From assembly GCA_963520985.1 (NCBI GenBank), contig CAUQTA010000004.1:76017-140016 (forward strand): a stretch of DNA of 64,000 nucleotides, read 5' to 3'. A program made the position numbers and the translations under genes. The notes under the pieces were generated by a model that saw only the letters and a list, made by a program, of their open reading frames with translations, was not told the DNA's origin and made no database searches. The DNA is from an uncultured Sphingobacteriales bacterium (GTDB lineage Bacteria; Bacteroidota; Bacteroidia; Cytophagales; 172606-1). This document shows, one piece after another, positions 59,379-64,000 of the stretch (the first letter of the stretch is position 1; every line of letters starts with the position of its first letter).

Positions 59379-60022
59379 AGCCGGCTAAGGTGTAGCTTGA
59401 CAAAGTGCCTGGGTTTTACGTTTTCAAAAGATGCTATTTTACACGGGTTCGGAATCGACGACAGAATCATCAAGCCATTGGCTTGATCGCACACAAATCA
59501 GACTAGTAAGAAAAAATTCAAGGTACGATTTTTCTTGCTGGTTTCTTTGTCTACGTGCTTATGTTGAAATTCCTTATTCTCCCCAATGTTAGTTTTCTGA
59601 AATCAGGTTTGCTATTCCGCCCCCTGATTCCGGGTTTTGACAGCTCTTATCGGTCATTCTTCCTTTTTTTATTGAACGTCTTTCACATAATCTGTTTTTT
59701 GCACCGTGCAAAGTAAAACTGAAATAATACACGAAAAAGTAGGAATATTTGGGGTTATGGTGCTATTTTGACTTACTTCTATCTGACACAACCAGGAACG
59801 GCAATCCCTTACTGAAAGGGATTGTTCATACGGATTGAGGAAGTGCAGACCATACAAAAAACAAAAACGCTGTACGTTACGTATCCGCGGGTAAGAAAAT
59901 AGTAGGTTTTCAAACAGCAAAACCTCCCTTGCTCGAAAGACAAAACGCAGCGCTGTAAAATTCTCAATTGGTAGTTACGAAAGAGGTTGCCTGTCGGTGA
60001 CCTGCAAACACAGAATTAACTC

Positions 60023-62800
60023 ATGTTGCATTCTTTACCGGCTCTGCGGCAAACCATGCTTGTCGGAGCAATTGCGTTGGTGTGGCTGATGGGGTGTCGT
60101 CCCACACAGCAAGCCCAACAAGCACCTTCTGTTCAAACGGCTTCCATTGATACCACCGCCCGCACAAACCTGCCCGCAGGCGTGAACCCCGACGACCCCG
60201 ACTGGAAGGGGGCCGATCTGGAACCCAAACCGGCAGTGCATCCGCTGTCGCCCACCGACGAAAATTCCCGGTTCTTACTTCCGCCGGGCTACCGCATTCA
60301 GCCTATTCTGACCGAACCTCAGATTGAGCAACCCGCCGCCATTGCCTTTGATGCCAACGGCCGCATGTATGTGCTGGAACTGCGTACGTACATGCTCACC
60401 GCTGATTCGGATGACGAACTGCGACCCTGGAGCCGCATTTCACGGTGGGAGGACCGCGACAACGACGGCATATACGAAACGGGAACCGTCTTTGTGGATA
60501 GCCTGGTGTTTCCGCGTTTTGTACTGCCCTATGGTAAAGACTGCATCCTTTCCATGGAATCCGATGCGGATAACGTCTATAAATACACTGATACCGACGG
60601 CGACGGCAAAGCCGATAAAAAGGAGTTTTTTACCAACAAATACGGTCGGTCGGGCAATGTGGAGCACCAGCAGGCCTTCCTGCATTGGGGCATGGACAAC
60701 TGGCTTTACAGCACCGTGAATGCCTTCCGGATTCGGGAAACACCCAATGGAATGGTGCGCGAAAAAACCGGCTTCAACCGGGCTCAGTGGGGACTCACGC
60801 ATGACGATGAAGGCAAATTGTGGTTTCAGGGTGGGGCCAGCGGGTTGCCTTCGTATTTTCAGTTTCCGATTCACTACGGCAATTTTGAAGTAAAAGGCGA
60901 ATTCGCTCCTGGTTTTGATGTGCCCTGGGGCGAAGCCATTCGTCTGGCTGACGTTCAGGGCGGAATGGACGAAGTGCGTCAGCCCGACGGTTCCTTGAAG
61001 CGGGTAACCGGTTCGGCGGGAAACGATGTGTTTCGGGGCGACCGGCTGCCAGCCCAACTGAGGGGACAGTATTTCTACGGCGAACCCGTTGCCCGCATTG
61101 TGCGTCAGGTGAATCCGGTGGTGACCGATGGCCTGACTACCTTACACAACGTGTATCAGGATCAGCAATCCGAGTTCCTGCGTTCTTCCGACCCACTTTT
61201 CCGGCCAGTGGATATGACTACCGCCCCCGATGGGACACTGTACATTACCGACATGTATCACGGCATCATTCAGGAAGGACAATGGACACAGAAAGGTTCG
61301 TATTTACGGGCCAAGATCGAACAATACAAACTGGACAAAGTGGTAGGTTTGGGACGCATCTGGCGCATTACCTATGAAGGCATGCCACGCGATACCACCC
61401 ATCCGCGCATGTATACCGACAAATCGGCCAGGCTGGTCAAATACCTGGAGCATCCCAATGGCTGGTGGCGCGATGCCGCCCAGCAGGAACTGGTGCAGCG
61501 CAACGACCGTTCAGTGGTGGCCTCCTTGACGACAATGGCACTGAGCCACAAGAATCCACTGGCGCGAATCCATGCTTTGTGGACGCTGGAAGGCATGGGA
61601 GCCTTGAAAACCAGTCTGGTACGGAAACTGTTGAACGATACGGAACCAAAACTGCGCATCCAGGCATTGCGTGCCAGTGAACAACTTTACAAAGCAGGCG
61701 ACAAATCACTGGAAGCCGATTACCACAAAGCCCTTTCTGATGCCCATACCGATGTGCGGGTGCAAGCCATGCTGACGGCAAAATTTGTGCAGCTGCCCAA
61801 CCTCGAAAAAGGAATTCAGACGGCCATGGCTAGCAGTTCTGCCGCCGGGGTGAAACTCATCGGCGAACAGATCCTGGCTCCACCCAAATCCAGAAACACG
61901 GGACCATTCGGCGGTGCTGAACTGACCGATGCCCAGAAAGCCCAGCTGGAACACGGGGCGCAGATTTACAACGAGCTTTGCTCGCAATGCCACGGCAATA
62001 CGGGAATGGGCACCCCGGCTGGAAATGGTCGATTACTTGCTCCTCCGCTGGCTAGCTCGGGTCGCATCCAGGCGCATCCCGAATACGCCATTCGGGTGGT
62101 GTTGCACGGACTGGAAGGCGCCATCGAAGGCAAGACCTATGCCGGAGGGATGATGGCCAGCATGCAGGAACAACCCGACCAATGGATTGCCGATGTGCTT
62201 TCGTACATCCGCAACGGCTTGTCCAATGAGGCATCGCTGGTTTCGCCGCAGCAAGTGGCCCTGGTGCGCCAAAAGACTGCAACTCAGAAAGGCTCGTACC
62301 AGTATGGTTCCTTGGTGAAACAAGTGCCCTACGAAGTACCGGCCCAATCGTTGGTAGCCACTGCCAGCCACACCGTAGCGACACGCATCGGGGGCAATGC
62401 ATCAGCTGCCAGCGCGTTTTCGTACGAAGGATGGTCTACCGGGGGCAAACAGGAAAAAGGCATGTGGTACCAGGTTGAGTTTCCGAAGGAAGTAAGTCTT
62501 TCCGAATTGCATTTCACCGCCTTGCAAAACATCCGCAAAGGATGGCGGCCTACACCAGGTGTATCTAGCCCGCCCCCGATCATTCAGGCCTATCCGCGAA
62601 CCTTTACGGTTTCGGTCTCCACCGATGGCACGCACTGGCAGCAAATCGCAACCGATGCCAAAGGCGTTGCCGGTGACAATATCCTTTTGCTGAACGGCAG
62701 CAAGGCCCGTTACCTGAAATTGATCCTGAACGAAAGCGTACCTGCCGATCCCGACGAAGTTCCTTGGTCAATGCGGCAAATGAAAGTGTTTGTACAATGA
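60023..62800 (+). CDS. PVC-type membrane-bound dehydrogenase-like lipoprotein (beta-propeller, HEAT repeats, cytochrome c, F5/8-like domain)
   Basis: Lipobox LMGC; AFDANGRMYVLE, FRPVDMTTAPDGTLYITDMY, HPNGWWRDAAQ, CSQCH; C-terminal discoidin-like VSTDGTHW. Confidence 0.85.
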   Translation: MLHSLPALRQTMLVGAIALVWLMGCRPTQQAQQAPSVQTASIDTTARTNLPAGVNPDDPDWKGADLEPKPAVHPLSPTDENSRFLLPPGYRIQPILTEPQIEQPAAIAFDANGRMYVLELRTYMLTADSDDELRPWSRISRWEDRDNDGIYETGTVFVDSLVFPRFVLPYGKDCILSMESDADNVYKYTDTDGDGKADKKEFFTNKYGRSGNVEHQQAFLHWGMDNWLYSTVNAFRIRETPNGMVREKTGFNRAQWGLTHDDEGKLWFQGGASGLPSYFQFPIHYGNFEVKGEFAPGFDVPWGEAIRLADVQGGMDEVRQPDGSLKRVTGSAGNDVFRGDRLPAQLRGQYFYGEPVARIVRQVNPVVTDGLTTLHNVYQDQQSEFLRSSDPLFRPVDMTTAPDGTLYITDMYHGIIQEGQWTQKGSYLRAKIEQYKLDKVVGLGRIWRITYEGMPRDTTHPRMYTDKSARLVKYLEHPNGWWRDAAQQELVQRNDRSVVASLTTMALSHKNPLARIHALWTLEGMGALKTSLVRKLLNDTEPKLRIQALRASEQLYKAGDKSLEADYHKALSDAHTDVRVQAMLTAKFVQLPNLEKGIQTAMASSSAAGVKLIGEQILAPPKSRNTGPFGGAELTDAQKAQLEHGAQIYNELCSQCHGNTGMGTPAGNGRLLAPPLASSGRIQAHPEYAIRVVLHGLEGAIEGKTYAGGMMASMQEQPDQWIADVLSYIRNGLSNEASLVSPQQVALVRQKTATQKGSYQYGSLVKQVPYEVPAQSLVATASHTVATRIGGNASAASAFSYEGWSTGGKQEKGMWYQVEFPKEVSLSELHFTALQNIRKGWRPTPGVSSPPPIIQAYPRTFTVSVSTDGTHWQQIATDAKGVAGDNILLLNGSKARYLKLILNESVPADPDEVPWSMRQMKVFVQ

Positions 62801-62949
62801 CCAGGCTTGCAAAAAGATCATCTTTAGGGGCGCATTTATCCCTAAGATCAGCGGTCCGAAATAGTATCTCCCAAAAAGCAAAAACCTGCCTTTGTATTCT
62901 CAACAACGTAACGATCTTTTTAACACCACAACCTTAACACAAATCAAGT

Positions 62950-63987
62950 ATGAAATACCAATCAACTCGACGTCAATTTTTGGGAACAGCGGCCGCACTG
63001 GTTTCGGGTGTTGTGATGGGTACCCCCAAAATTTTGGGAGCCCCTGCCATCATTCGGCATCTGGACAAGCCCAATTCGATGATTCAAGGGGTGCAGATCG
63101 GCACGATCACCTATTCCTTCCGTGACATGCCCGACCAAAGTGCCGAAGCTACCCTGAAATATATTCTCGATTGCGGCATCAGCGCCGTAGAACTGATGGG
63201 CGGGCCAGCCGAGTCGTTTGCCGGAGCTCCCAAGAATCCGGTGAATATGCAGGCTGTGTTTCCGCTGATGCGCAAACGCTTTCAGAAACAGCCGCTTACT
63301 GAAGAAGAGCAAAAGCAACTGGCCGAAGTAGACGAGCAAAACAAAGCCTATCGCCAGGAACTGGCCAAATGGCGTGTCTCTGCTTCAATGGATAAGTTTG
63401 AAAAGCTCCGCAAAATGTTCAATCAGGCGGGTGTGCGTGTTTATGCTTTCAAACCCGACGCGTTTGGCATGCAGAATTCAGACGCGGAAATCGAATACGG
63501 CATGCGGGCAGCCAAACTGCTCGGCGCTTCCCACGTAACCCTCGAACACCCCAGCAACGATGCCCATACTCTGAAACTGGGTACGTTGGCCAAAAAGCAC
63601 GGCATCAAAGCGGGCTATCACGGACACGAACAGCAAACGCCTACGTTTTGGGATACGGCTCTGGCACAGTCGCCCGGCAATGCCATCAACCTGGATTTCG
63701 GTCATTTTGTGGCCGCTGGCAACACCGATCCGCTCGGATTTGTCAAGCAAAAGCACGCCAGTATTGTGAGCATGCACATAAAAGACCGTCAGACCTCCGA
63801 ACACGGAAAAGGCAATCTGCCCTGGGGGCAGGGCGATACACCCATCACGCAGGTGCTCAAGCTGATGCGTGATCAGAAATACACGTTTCCGGCCACGGTC
63901 GAACTCGAATACCAGATTCCGGAAGGTTCCAATGCCGTTGCCGAAGTAAAAAAGTGTGTCGATTTTTGTCGGAACGCTCTGGCTTAA
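62950..63987 (+). CDS. Sugar phosphate isomerase/epimerase (xylose isomerase-like TIM barrel) with a Tat signal
   Basis: TRRQFLG twin-arginine motif; ITYSFR, LDFGHF, MHIKDR, GQGDTP and VELEY. Confidence 0.85.
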   Translation: MKYQSTRRQFLGTAAALVSGVVMGTPKILGAPAIIRHLDKPNSMIQGVQIGTITYSFRDMPDQSAEATLKYILDCGISAVELMGGPAESFAGAPKNPVNMQAVFPLMRKRFQKQPLTEEEQKQLAEVDEQNKAYRQELAKWRVSASMDKFEKLRKMFNQAGVRVYAFKPDAFGMQNSDAEIEYGMRAAKLLGASHVTLEHPSNDAHTLKLGTLAKKHGIKAGYHGHEQQTPTFWDTALAQSPGNAINLDFGHFVAAGNTDPLGFVKQKHASIVSMHIKDRQTSEHGKGNLPWGQGDTPITQVLKLMRDQKYTFPATVELEYQIPEGSNAVAEVKKCVDFCRNALA

Positions 63988-64000
63988 GGCTACTCCTAGG

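Larger units (their letters stand above)
977..62886. repeat. Dispersed 28-bp bipartite motif AAATAGTA-N14-AAAACC, ~41 copies (span given is first to last copy)
   Basis: Leftmost coordinates; * marks 1-2 mismatches. Plus orientation: 977*,1059,2529*,3869,19928,20075*,29000*,30503,35028*,40828,42326,46337*,49413,50375*,51470,53458,57199,59897,62859. Minus orientation (GGTTTT-N14-TACTATTT): 2325,2716,3451*,10118,17339,20895,23193,25038,26989,27767,32265*,33173,36872*,38087,39388,39464*,43499*,45397,50383*,55794,57269*,59412*. Confidence 0.95.

Noticed and set aside
977..62886. The 28-bp motif as a CRISPR repeat or integron attC array
   Set aside because: Copies are dispersed at irregular distances in both orientations, the centre is variable, and no cas or integrase gene is present
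977..62886. The motif as an alternative-sigma promoter (GGTTTT as -35, TACTAT as -10)
   Set aside because: Only about half the copies would point into a gene; many would fire antisense or sit between convergent genes, and genes such as tRNA-Cys already have canonical promoters. Disfavoured, but not excluded without TSS data
977..62886. The motif as a polar KOPS- or Chi-like signal
   Set aside because: No strand bias within the window (19 plus, 22 minus)
4293..63872. Numerous 60-250 aa ORFs antisense to or out of frame within the called genes
   Set aside because: They are fully overlapped by well-supported genes and show no family motifs, so they are treated as shadow ORFs

Overview
Bacteroidota chromosomal window, most likely Cytophagales. 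The lineage is inferred from SusC/SusD, a T9SS cargo protein and TTTG-N19/20-TAnnTTTG promoters. It holds about 50 genes: housekeeping loci (rpsA, tRNA-Cys, gltX, lspA, ogt), a low-GC MBOAT/AlgJ-like O-acylation pair next to IS3 and IS481 debris, an ECF-sigma/FecR/SusC/SusD/hydrolase locus, an OmpR-type two-component system, a MocR regulon, and a seven-gene putative iron-uptake operon (2 imelysins, di-haem protein, DUF4856-like, YceI, HTTM/gamma-carboxylase-like, TonB receptor). The most striking feature is non-coding: a 28-bp bipartite motif, AAATAGTA-N14-AAAACC, with an essentially invariant spacer. I found about 41 copies by eye, 26 of them exact. They occur in both orientations, in most intergenic regions, fused to terminator hairpins, and inside several coding sequences. 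I cannot assign it to a known element. It behaves like a DNA-uptake-sequence-like, chromosome-organising or recombinase-type site. All product calls come from recognising motifs by eye, not from database searches.
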